A stretch of 64,000 nucleotides of DNA from positions 16,678,001-16,742,000 of the forward strand of contig CM126211.1 of the NCBI GenBank assembly GCA_052327205.1, in the 5' to 3' direction. Made by a program: the position numbers and the translations under genes. Source of the stretch: Somniosus microcephalus. Lineage: Eukaryota. Shown here piece by piece: positions 26,275 through 36,233 of the stretch (position 1 is the first letter of the stretch; each line of letters begins with the position of its first letter). The notes beneath the pieces are model-generated. The model made no database searches and had not been told where the DNA came from. It worked only from the letters and a program-made list of their open reading frames with translations.

Positions 26275-26937
26275 TCAGGTTCTTACCCTGCGGCAGTTGA
26301 AGAGAGGTTTCAAACATCACCACCCCACTAGAAGTAACAGGCTTTAGGACTCTGAAGCCTCCATCAGCGACTGAGCACTGGAGTGCAGCAGCCATCCTGA
26401 CAGCTTCCAGCGACTGACAGAAGTCTTTCTGCAGTTTCCTTGTTCAACCTAGGTGGTGGGGTAAGCCGTGCAGCGTTGGCTGCAAAGACAGGGCTGGGGA
26501 AGTTGGAGAAGATAAGGGCGATCGCAATCCCTGATAAGAGCCGCGGTGAAACGCGCGAGCGGGTAAGCCAGAGCCCGGGAGGGAGCGAGCAAGAGCCGCG
26601 CGAGCGGGTGAGCCAGAGGCCGGGAGCCGCTTCAAGTGCGAGGCGCAGCGCGGGCCAGCGATCAGGACCAAAGATAAGGGCCGCACTCGGACTGAAAGGC
26701 GCGGCGGCTGCAGAAGCTCAAGGTGCGAGAGCCGCGGTGCACAGCGCGGGCTATCGATCACGGCGAAGATAAGGGCCGCACTCGGGGGCTGAAGGGAGAC
26801 GGCGTCGGGGGACGGGTGAAGACCGCCAAGCGCGGGAAAACCGCCATTTTGTGGGCGGAGGACGACGGCAAGAGCGGGAAGCCGCCATCTTTGATAACAA
26901 GTAAAGAAAATAAAATCTGAGAAATTGCAAATCTACA

Positions 26938-29139
26938 ATGCCTAAACACGGGAATATTAGCACCTTTGATAGTGACCTCGAAGATTGGGCCATATATGTT
27001 GAAAGAGTAAAAAATTATTGTAAGGCCAATAAAATTCGTGACCAAGATAAAGCTCTAACATTATTAAATTTAATGGGTGCGAAGACATACGGGCAATTGA
27101 AACACCTGTTATCACCAGATGAACCGGCGGATAAGACGTTCGATGAGATTGTTACTGTCCTGAAAGATCATCTAAACCCCACGCCGCTGATGCTAGCGGA
27201 ACGATTTAAATTTTATGACAGAAGGCAGCTACAGCATGAAAGCAATGCTGAATATTTGCTGGAATTGCGTAAATTAGCGAAATATTGCCAGTTTCGAACG
27301 GGACTGACAGATGCACTACGAGACAAATTTGTGTGTGGTTTATTTAAACAGGATACACAAAAGCGACTGCTCGAGGAGAATGAGCTGACGCTTGAGAAGG
27401 CGGTCACTATGGCAGCAGCACACGAAGCCGCAGCGAGAGGCACGGCAGTAATGCAGCTACGGTCACCGGAGCTCAGTGCACACAAATTGGGTGTGAGTTC
27501 TGGCAAATGTTATCGTTGTGGAAAGACAACGCATGATCAGAACCAGTGTTGGTTTAAAAACCAAGAATGTAGAACTTGTGGTAGGCTTGGACATATAGCT
27601 AGAGTATGCAGGTCAGGGAAGAAGACCAGCAACAAGAAGTCACCGCAAGGAAAATACGCAAAGGTACACAAGGTGACCGAACAGGAGTCCGATTCAGACG
27701 CTAGCAGTAATGAACTGGCTAGCTTAAGCTGTAATGAACTGGCTAGCTTAAGAGTACTCAACGCTGGTAAGGGTGCAGGCCTCCAGACAATTTGGGTCAC
27801 TCTTCAGATAGAAGGAGTCCAAGTAAAACTGGAATTGGACACTGGATCGGCATTGACGGTCATAAATAAGAAAGATTACGGAAAGTTATTCCAACATATT
27901 CCCCTACAGGATACGGGGATTATATTGAAAACATACACGGGGCAAAGAGTGTACCCCATCGGGAAAATAGAGGTTGCAGTGGTCCACAAGGGCGAAGACA
28001 GTCAAATAATGGACTTATATGTGATATCTGAAGGAGGTTCTCCACTACTAGGACGGGAGTGGATTAGGAAAATGAATATGGACTGGCATTTCCTACAAAC
28101 AATAACGAGTGAGAACTCGGTGAAGATAGTCGGCCCAGACTCTGGAACGGATGATGGTAAGCCCAACTCAGGTGCAAAAGACAAAGTTTCAGCACAGAAT
28201 TCTACTGAGCAACAACAACATAGTTTAACTGTGGATTCTGAGTCTGGCAAGTCTACTGATGTGCCCATTTCTGAGGGACACCGGGCTCGAACTCAACTCC
28301 ATTTCAAACTACAACAGCAATTAGAACAAATGCTTCGCCGTTTTGAGCAAGAGTTGAATGCAACGAAAGAGTTCTTTGATATAGAGTTGGAGAATCTGGA
28401 AAGACAACAGAAGCAGCTGATGGAGAAAATGGAGCAGGAGCACACAAAACGTCTGATGTCAGAGGAGTTAACGGTCAGCCAACTCCTGCATATGCTGAAG
28501 GACAGGACTCTGAAATGGGAAAAACTTGAACACGAACTTCAATATTCAAACGAAAGGGGTTCGGAGCTCTCAAAGGTTATTGGAAGAGCTGAGGTGGCAA
28601 CACAGACTGAGATGACTGCAACAGAGCAGCCCTTGGATGCCAAAAGTACGCTGACTCACGTCAACGTAGAACAACAGACCGCTGAAACAGCTGCTCCGGT
28701 AGAGGGATTGAATAGTCCGATCAATCAATCTCCAAAAGAAGTTGAAGTAGTAAAATCTCAAATGAGGTCATTAGTAAACGACTTGCTGAAAGCCCAGAAA
28801 AAGCTGGATGAAGAGGTACGCATGAAGAAGTCTCTTCAGGAAAGATGTCTGGACTTGGAACAAAAGCTGGGTATGGAGGAAATAGAAGACCCTCTCGCTG
28901 GCCTAGATCAGGACGACACCGAATATTACTATGTCCTGTCCTGCCCAACTTGTAACTTCGACTCCCACCATACAGAAATCATGGAGGAGCACCGAAAGTC
29001 TACGGAACATCGGGAGAAGGTGGCTCTACTACGGAAAAAGGAGGAAGAGAAGGAGGAACTGCGCATGCAGCTGGCAGCTGACAGTGGAGCCCAGAGAGTC
29101 TCCAAGAAGCAGAAAAGGAAAAGTCGAAACAGAAGATGA
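26938..29139 (+). CDS. 733-aa chimeric Gag-protease-STK10-like-OPTN-like-zinc-finger polyprotein
   Basis: Uninterrupted ATG-to-TGA ORF. aa1-165 Gag capsid ([27 protein letters not shown]); two CX2CX4HX4C knuckles aa191-224; protease LDTGS aa300-304 and LLGREW aa370-375; host-like coiled coils follow. Confidence 0.92.
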   Translation: MPKHGNISTFDSDLEDWAIYVERVKNYCKANKIRDQDKALTLLNLMGAKTYGQLKHLLSPDEPADKTFDEIVTVLKDHLNPTPLMLAERFKFYDRRQLQHESNAEYLLELRKLAKYCQFRTGLTDALRDKFVCGLFKQDTQKRLLEENELTLEKAVTMAAAHEAAARGTAVMQLRSPELSAHKLGVSSGKCYRCGKTTHDQNQCWFKNQECRTCGRLGHIARVCRSGKKTSNKKSPQGKYAKVHKVTEQESDSDASSNELASLSCNELASLRVLNAGKGAGLQTIWVTLQIEGVQVKLELDTGSALTVINKKDYGKLFQHIPLQDTGIILKTYTGQRVYPIGKIEVAVVHKGEDSQIMDLYVISEGGSPLLGREWIRKMNMDWHFLQTITSENSVKIVGPDSGTDDGKPNSGAKDKVSAQNSTEQQQHSLTVDSESGKSTDVPISEGHRARTQLHFKLQQQLEQMLRRFEQELNATKEFFDIELENLERQQKQLMEKMEQEHTKRLMSEELTVSQLLHMLKDRTLKWEKLEHELQYSNERGSELSKVIGRAEVATQTEMTATEQPLDAKSTLTHVNVEQQTAETAAPVEGLNSPINQSPKEVEVVKSQMRSLVNDLLKAQKKLDEEVRMKKSLQERCLDLEQKLGMEEIEDPLAGLDQDDTEYYYVLSCPTCNFDSHHTEIMEEHRKSTEHREKVALLRKKEEEKEELRMQLAADSGAQRVSKKQKRKSRNRR
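28273..28455 (+). other. STK10: Captured STK10 (LOK)/SLK coiled-coil (PKK-region) segment, aa446-506 of the ORF
   Basis: [57 protein letters not shown] versus remembered human STK10 [57 protein letters not shown]. Confidence 0.88.
28459..28869 (+). other. OPTN: Captured optineurin central coiled-coil segment, aa508-644 of the ORF
   Basis: [13 protein letters not shown]...EKLEHEL...EVATQTE...[43 protein letters not shown] versus remembered human [17 protein letters not shown]...ERLEVAL...EIETQTE...[43 protein letters not shown]. Confidence 0.85.
28942..29010 (+). other. Matrin/U1-type C2H2 zinc finger (C-x2-C-x12-H-x5-H), aa669-691 of the ORF
   Basis: [23 protein letters not shown] spacing. 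Confidence 0.65.
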
Positions 29140-29442
29140 CCCATCTGAACCATTATTACCTCTACCAGATCACACACGTGGTCCCTCCGAACGGAGCCAA
29201 TTCAGTTCGGAAGTTCAAACTGTTAAATCCATGGAAGGACTATTGAATGAGTCACTCCAGCAACGTGAACCGACTACACCACAGAGATTGAATCTGTGAA
29301 CTGTTTTCCGCAGAGACTGAATCTGTGATCTGTTTTGACATGAAGTTATCTATGTATCTATGTTATTCTGTTATGTAAACCTGAAGTTATATATGTATAT
29401 ATGTTATTACGTTATGTTAAATGGGGAGATGACTGTAAAGCT

Positions 29443-29455
29443 AGGAAGGGAGGAA
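29443..29455 (+). promoter_or_regulatory. Polypurine tract
   Basis: aggaagggaggaa directly abuts the 3' LTR. Confidence 0.9.
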
Positions 29456-29711
29456 TGTTGTGTATGTAATATGTGTGCTACTTTGAACCTATGGACAGGA
29501 CTGCACTACTTGTTGGGCATAGTGATACGCAGTACCACTCCTGGCCATAGGGGTATAAATAGTACTGTGGGTACTGATCCCCCTCAGTTCCCGCCTGTGG
29601 GCATGAAGTAAAGACCTACGTATAGTCCCTACCTCCAACCAGTAAAGACCTGTTTGAGTTATACGTTTAAGTCTTTGTGTTAATTGTTCAATACAATACA
29701 CATACTTAACA
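29456..29711 (+). repeat. 3' LTR
   Basis: Direct repeat of 26007-26263, followed by the TSD ttacc. Confidence 0.96.
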
Positions 29712-30653
29712 TTACCTTTGAAGCACAATCATTGTGTTGTGCAGGCAAACGCAGCAGCTGATTTGTGCACAGCAAGGTGCCACGTTCGCCAACCAAGATA
29801 AATAACCAGTTAATCTATTTTAGTAGGGTCGGTTTCAAGAGGGCACACGAGGTCGGGCACTTCCAACTGCCGAGAAAATCTTGCAATAATCATCATTATA
29901 AACAATATTTTATTTCACGGGCAACGTCGAATGGAATTTTCTCAACTGGCTCGCGTTCTATTTTGACAAGCTGAGAATAAACCTTCACAATTGAGAGAGT
30001 GGTCCTGTTAAACAATCATCTAGCGCTTCACTGAATTCAGCACAACTGCAGATATACGAGTGTGTTTAATTCTATGGGCGATGCTGGATTCTTTCCCCAC
30101 TATGCAATTGGTAATTATTATCCAGCGCATGAGTGAAGAGCCTCCAGGTGTCGTGTGCAGATCTGGGACGTGACTGCTGAATAAATACATTTCTTGGATA
30201 CTTTCTTTGTTATTACTAAATAAAATAGCCTTGTATGCTTCTTATATTGCTAATAAAAATAGAAATTAAGGAACGAAAGAAATACTCCTCAGCAGGCAGT
30301 GCACAGCAGATGACCAACTTCAAGTTGTGCAGCGGTTTTATGTGACGCTTGACCTGTGAAAGATTTATATGAATTCTGACCTGTGGAGGGAACGGTTCTT
30401 TGGCAAAAAATAAAGCTAATCATATTAAAATAGCGACAATGCCAATTAGAAAACTGTTTCTCTGAACTATTGACTCCGAGGTGATACAAATGACTGTCAG
30501 ATACAATTTCCCTACTTACAAAAATCAATTATTTCAAGGCTGTTTTCAGAAAAATCCAAACTTACTTGCAGATGCCAAAATCAGTAGCAGGAAAAACTGA
30601 GTCCATTTTCTTGCCTTCCTTCAAATGTGCTTTATGGAAACAAGTTAACACAG

Positions 30654-30934
30654 GGGCCCAACATTTGCGATCGGAGGATTCCCGCCGGCGGACGCCTCCG
30701 ACCTGAAAAATATCTACGCGTTTACCTGGTGACCCGGGGGATACGGAGACTCGCGATCCTGGGCCTCTCTCCAGCTCCGCGCGGGCAGAGCCCCACGTAT
30801 CCCAGGGGCGCAAACGGTTCGCAAGCGCTCCTGGGATCACCTGGGCCGACCCAACCAATAAAAGAAGTGAACCCCCATTCGTACTTATGGGAGTTCCGTA
30901 GGTATGCACTCGTAGGGTTCACAAAATACGGCCC
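30654..30934 (+). mobile_element. Short, internally deleted family C MITE
   Basis: gggcccaacatttgcga ... caaaatacggccc; shares gcaagcgctcctgggatcac with 3133-3846 and 49234-49939. Confidence 0.6.
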
Positions 30935-31409
30935 AAGATTTATTTTTATCATTTGTGGAAAACTGAGGTCAGCTTTTACACTACAGGTTTTTATTTCATC
31001 AGGCATTATTAGATTTTTTCCCTCACTGTTTAAAGGGTATGTTGTTAAGTAGGGTATTATTTCTTGGCAGGTAATAATACTCAAATGCCAAAAACAAGCT
31101 TGTTTCTGTGTGCTGTGATGGCCTGCGTTATGGGCCAAGAGCTATAGACAATAATTATTTTATTGCTATACCCTACGGAAGAAGCAAAGAGGCTTGCAAG
31201 GCTAAATCTTCCTCAGTTTGCTGAATATGCAACGAGGCCCCATTGTAACTCAGATATTAGGAAAGCTCTCCCTGCATTGAGGAGTTACATCCCAATGCTC
31301 AGACATAGCTCCAATCGATACCAGGCCCAGTACCAAGCAGTCCTCTAGAGTCCTGCCCAACAAGATATCTCAAATTACCTCCGTAACTTATGAAAGGCTG
31401 GAAAGAGGG

Positions 31410-31640
31410 AACAACAACAACAACGTGTATTTATATAGCACCTTTACCATTGTAAAACACCCCAGGGCTCTTCACAGGAACGTAACCCTTTTTTGACACC
31501 GAGCCAAAGAAGGAGACATTAGGACAGGTGACCAAAAGCTTGGTCAAAGAGTTATAAGGAACGTCTTAAAGGAGGAGAGAGAGGTGGAGAGGCAGAGAGG
31601 TTTAGGGAGGGAATTCCACAGCTGAGGGCCCGGGCAGCTC
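31410..31640 (-). mobile_element. L2 LINE 3' tail
   Basis: (caa)n...tatttatatagcaccttt...ggtgaccaaaagcttggtcaaaga. Confidence 0.82.
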
Positions 31641-32370
31641 AAAATGAAACTACAAACCAATGATACTACCAGCCAAGGTAGGGCAGCCCCTGTATATTCT
31701 TCCAGCAGCCTTCCTTCCCAACTCCACGGCAGCTGCCAACAAAACACCCTCCTTAAGTGTGTAACACTGATCTGAACAATCAGACCAACAGGCGTACTGT
31801 ATTGATATATACTGTAAAATACTATGTAAACAATAGAAACAAAAACTGCACCAACATGTAAACCAATACAAAATTGAGAAAATAGAAATAGTTGCAGAAA
31901 TAAAAAAGTAAATTTCACCCACTTTACAGTGCTGTTTGTGACATCAATGAAGATTATTATCTACTGACATTCATTAGCATTTCTCCAAGTGATGCCCTAT
32001 AGTCAATCACGTACAGCCTTTTAGCCCAAGGGAATGAGATCATAAAACACAGCACAAATATCATACCAGGATGGATATTTCTAACGTATAATCTGTCCTG
32101 GCAAAGGCGAGGGCGGGTGGGATGACAATTTGAATCAGTTCACGTTTTTCAGTCGTGCCTATAGTACAATTTATTTTCACTTAAATGGGTGTGAGGTAGT
32201 GACTAGACCCACAGAACTTTAAACCGACTCCCGTAATGTTGAGTCGCAGAAACCTTTATCCGTGCTTTTATAATTCCAAACTTGACATCTCCTGCGCCAT
32301 CCTTGCCAGTCTCTACCTTACAGAGACTACATCCCATCCAAAATACCACGCCTGTACCATGTCTCACGAT

Positions 32371-33072
32371 GGGCCAGAATTTGCGGTGGGTATGGCGGCC
32401 TACTCCGCCTTTGAAATGCACACTGAGTTCGGGATGTCCGCCTGCGCTTGCGCTAAATCCCGAACTTGCGATCTGTCAAGTTTCGACTCGGCAGATCACC
32501 CGCACTGACACCGCACTAACCAGAAAACCTAAGTGCTGGAGCAGAGTTCAGCTAATTTGCTCACCACCTGTCCAGCAATTACGCACGGAAATTTTCCAGC
32601 TGGTGGAAACAGACACAGGGCCTCTTTTCCACAGTGTAAGTAATGAAAAAAACTTATGAGGCCGGAAATTGAAGCATTTTAGGATTTTGTCCACGGAAAG
32701 TATTTGTCCATGAAAAGTTCGGAGGTAGAGGTTGCTACATTAATAAAAACATTTTTTTTGCATCTGCTTAAATTAAAATCCAAACTGAAAGTATAGATGT
32801 TTATCCCGGAAGGCTCGAGCAATGAGGGTGTTTTTTTCCTTTCCGGAGATTACAAATGAATGAGAGACCTTCTGTTTGTTGATTGGAGCACCAGGCCCAC
32901 GTGTTCCCAGGTACGCTTCCGCATACGCTGGGTTCCTGGGGTCCATGGACCATTCCCCTGCCCTCCAGTACACAGCGTCAAACAACAAGTTCATGAAGGA
33001 GGGTCCCCAGCAGGTAAGTTCACATTCTGTTCGGACGGCTACGGAGTACGCTGCCGACCGCAAAATCCATGC
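32371..33072 (-). mobile_element. Family C-related Harbinger-like MITE
   Basis: gggccagaatttgcgg ... ccgcaaaatccatgc; right arm resembles the reverse complement of 3133-3330. Confidence 0.55.
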
Positions 33073-33198
33073 AATTATGTCCTGCTTTCCTGTCACTCCT
33101 GTTATTACTAAACTCGCAGACTCGATTCATTAAATTCAAAAACCTCAGCCTGGTTTACAAATTTCCCTCATGTCCTCACCCCACTCTACCCCTGCAAC

Positions 33199-33575
33199 TT
33201 ATAAAATTCTAACAGGACGAGACAGACTAGATGCAGGAAGGATGTTCCCGATGGGCGGGGGAGTCCAGAACCAGGGGTCACAGTCTAAGGATAAGGGGTA
33301 AGCCATTTAGGACTGAGATGAGGAGGAATTTCTTCACCCAGAAAGTGGTGAACCTGTGGAATTCTCTACCACAGAAGGCAGTAGAGGCCAATACATTAAA
33401 TATATTCAAGAAGGAGTTCGATATATTTCTTAAGGCTAACGGGATCAAGGGATATGGGGAGAAAGCAGGGACAGGGTACTGAATTTGGATGATCAGCCAT
33501 GATCTCATTAAATGGCGGAACAGGCTCGAGGGGCCGAATGGCCTACTCCTGCTCCTATCTTCTATGTCTCTATGT
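33199..33575 (+). mobile_element. CR1 3' end (same subfamily as 11716-12482)
   Basis: GESRTRGHSLRIRGKPFRTEMRRNFFTQKVVNLWNSLP. Confidence 0.92.
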
Positions 33576-34537
33576 AACTCAGCTTGTGCCCCTTAACCTC
33601 CCATTTCTGGCCTCACGTGAACCTCCTTTGGCTCCACTTTGCCATCAGTGGCAGCAATGTTGGCCATCCTGGGTCTGCTCTCTAGTATTCCTTCTTTAAA
33701 CCCTTTGACTTGTTCCTTGCCTCCCCACCTTTAAAAGCCCTCTTAAAGTCCATCTTTTGAACCATACCTTTGGTCATCACTACCAACTCTTCCACTTCTC
33801 CTCCGTGATCATTTTCTCCGATTGAAAAGTGATAGATAAATGCAACGTCTTGTTGTGTTAAATAATCAAACATATTCAATAGCATTATATGGGCCCATTA
33901 TTAGATGACACATTCTGCTCCTGAGCCATGAATTTTCACCATGACAGGGTGGATGGTCCAAATATATATGAAAGAACATTAACTAATTATAATTTCTAGG
34001 ATGAATTCGCTTTTTATCATCGTGTTGAACAACGCTAAAGAAAATATATTTATTACTTGATCAATAAACCTGATACTCCTACTATTCAAATATCCCAAAC
34101 CACTTCGTTTGTCCATGGGCAGCACCACCGAACGTCAACTCGTTCTTTTCGAAAGAGTGAAGCTTCCGCATTGCAAAAATGTTCAGCGCCTTCCATTGTA
34201 GCATATCTGTTAGGTCGAATTAATCCCGCATTCCTTAAGATTATAGCTTGTTCTTTTTAATTCTAATACATATGCTAATTGCCCAGATGATAAATTGGGG
34301 ACTAAAAATATCCTGTGGCACAGTATTATGTTAGCAGCCTTCAATCAAGCAGGAGTGAAGAGCAGATTAAATGTGTTCAGCGTAAAAAGATCATGCCTCT
34401 GTCAGTTGCCTTAATGACAAATTGATTCTAAAAATTTCTGTCAATTAAGTCTTCGAATCAATTTGTCACATTGCATATCACTATGCTTATATTACATTAC
34501 GAGTTCCGTCGTAATTCATATTCGATCTGCAACTCAA

Positions 34538-34748
34538 TAACAACCACAACTTGCATTTATATAGCGCCTTTAATGTAGCGAAACATCCCAAGGCGTTGCA
34601 CAGGAACGTTATCAAAGACAAAATTTGACACCGAGCCACATAAGGAGATATTAGGACAAGCTTGGATTAAGTGGCAGGTTTTAAGGAGTGTCTTAATGGA
34701 GGAGAGAGAGGTAGAGGGGCGGAGAGGTTTAGGGAGGGAATTCCAGAG
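34538..34748 (-). mobile_element. L2 3' tail
   Basis: caacttgcatttatatagcgcctttaa...tttagggagggaattccaga. Confidence 0.82.
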
Positions 34749-34923
34749 ACTTACTTCAGAGAGTAAGTCCAAAACCTATGTGCACATTCCAAGTATTTGC
34801 ACGTTACATGTGATGAGGATTTTTTTCTTTTTCTGCTGAAATACATATCCATAGAGACTGATAACTCTCCAGTATCTCACCCAAGTGGCCATCCTTCATC
34901 TGTGAGCTTAGACAGAGTTGGAA

Positions 34924-35925
34924 ACAGCAACAACTTGCATTTATATAGTACCTTTAACATAGAAAACACCTCCCAAGGTGCTTTTCAGAAATGTAACCAG
35001 GCAAAAATAAGAGATATTAAGAGAATGACTAAAAGCTTGGTCAAAGTGGTAGGTTTTAAGGAGGATCTTAAAGGAGGAGAGAGTTGGAGAGACATAGGCC
35101 TAGAAATTGGCCTGAGGCGCCCAAGCGGCGCAAAGTTCGCTGGAATTTGCGCCGCGATCGCCACATTAGCGATCGCCGCAAATTCAGTTGAAGTGCCCCT
35201 AGAGGGAGACGGGGCGCGGCTCGAGGCGCTCCGCGTCCCTCTTAGGGCGCTGAAACTGAATATCGCAGTGCAACGTGCCGCAGCGCCACACGCTGCGGCA
35301 CGGCACGCTGCGGTACTGCAGGCCTTCCTCCCACTGTTAAGGGGGAGGGGCCTGCAACAGCGCGATCCCCGCTCGCGAGTGCCGGCAAACGAGCCCGGCA
35401 CCAAGGAGAAGTGCCGGGCTCTCGGGAAACAGCCGGCAATGCCGCGGGGGGGTGGTTAGGAGGCCGGGGACGGAGGTGCTGGCAGGCGGCCGCCCCGCAC
35501 CTCCACCTTAACTTGCGCCGCTGCCGGCACAGTAAGGCCCTGTGAACCGGGCGCGGGTAGCGAACGGCGCAAGTGCGGCGTTCGCTATCGGGCGCAAATG
35601 GGGTGCTGCGCACACCGATGACGTCATCGGTGGCTGCGCAGCGCAAATGGCTAATGCCACCATTAGCGCCCCTGCTGAATATCGCGGGAGGCGCAGCCAG
35701 TGGCGCTACAGCCACTGACTGCCTCTTTAGGCGCTAAGAGGTGGCGCTACTCACCCAATTTTTCCTCCATAGAGGCTTAGGGAGGGAGTTCCCGATCTTA
35801 GCGCCTAGGTGGCTGAAGGCACGGCCACCAATGGAGGGGCAAAAAGAGTGGGGAGAAGGGCTGTATGTCTGGAGGAGGTTACAGAGATAGGGTTGGGGCG
35901 AGGCTGTGAAGGATTTGAACACAGG
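34924..35925 (-). mobile_element. L2 3' fragment split by a MITE (34924-35096 and 35769-35925)
   Basis: ggagagagttggagagacata | atagaggcttagggagggagttcc is continuous L2 sequence. Confidence 0.78.
35097..35768. mobile_element. Harbinger-type MITE (family B)
   Basis: ggcctagaaattgg / ccaatttttcctcc termini, ATA TSD; shares gcgcacaccgatgacgtcatcgg with ~13082-13104. Confidence 0.82.
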
Positions 35926-36233
35926 TTATTGAATGTGGAGAAGTTGGGGGGGCTGGCGGGACCCATGAACGTGGAAAATTTGGAGCATTAGAGCTAAGCG
36001 ATCTTTCTGCCCGGGACTGCCTTCCAGCAAGGAAAATATGGGCAACAATCAGGATGGGAAACAATAGCTAATTTTCCCCCTCCATAGGCTATTAATATGG
36101 AGGTCAACCATCACATTCCTACCACTGTCCTCACTGAAATAAACTGACAGCACACGTCTAAGGCTCAGTACCATAGAGGATCGTGCATTTACCCATTGAA
36201 GCATTGGAAGACCAAACCAATGAACGTTGTTTT

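Larger units (their letters stand above)
26007..29711 (+). mobile_element. Intact non-autonomous Ty3/Gypsy (Mag-like) LTR retrotransposon carrying captured host coding sequences
   Basis: Two LTRs TGTT...AACA (257 and 256 bp), TTACC 5-bp TSD at 26002-26006 and 29712-29716, PBS, PPT, gag-protease ORF; no RT/RH/IN. Confidence 0.95.
25933..29825 (-). mobile_element. DeuSINE 3' fragment split (25933-26006 and 29712-29825) by the LTR element
   Basis: cagccaatgaattacc | tttgaagcac...gcagcagctgatttgtgcacagcaag is continuous antisense SINE tail (compare 16670-16750). Confidence 0.75.

Noticed and set aside
26938-29139. The ORF as the genuine STK10 or OPTN locus, or as a domesticated Gag gene
   Set aside because: Only intronless fragments are present, fused behind Gag-PR and enclosed by near-identical LTRs with a TSD. 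Domesticated genes normally lose their LTRs.
34797-35715. Long GC-rich ORFs (220, 139 and 157 aa); likewise those at 12655-13228 and 55558-56065
   Set aside because: They are stop-poor frames across GC-rich MITEs and L2 sequence, with no recognisable domain.
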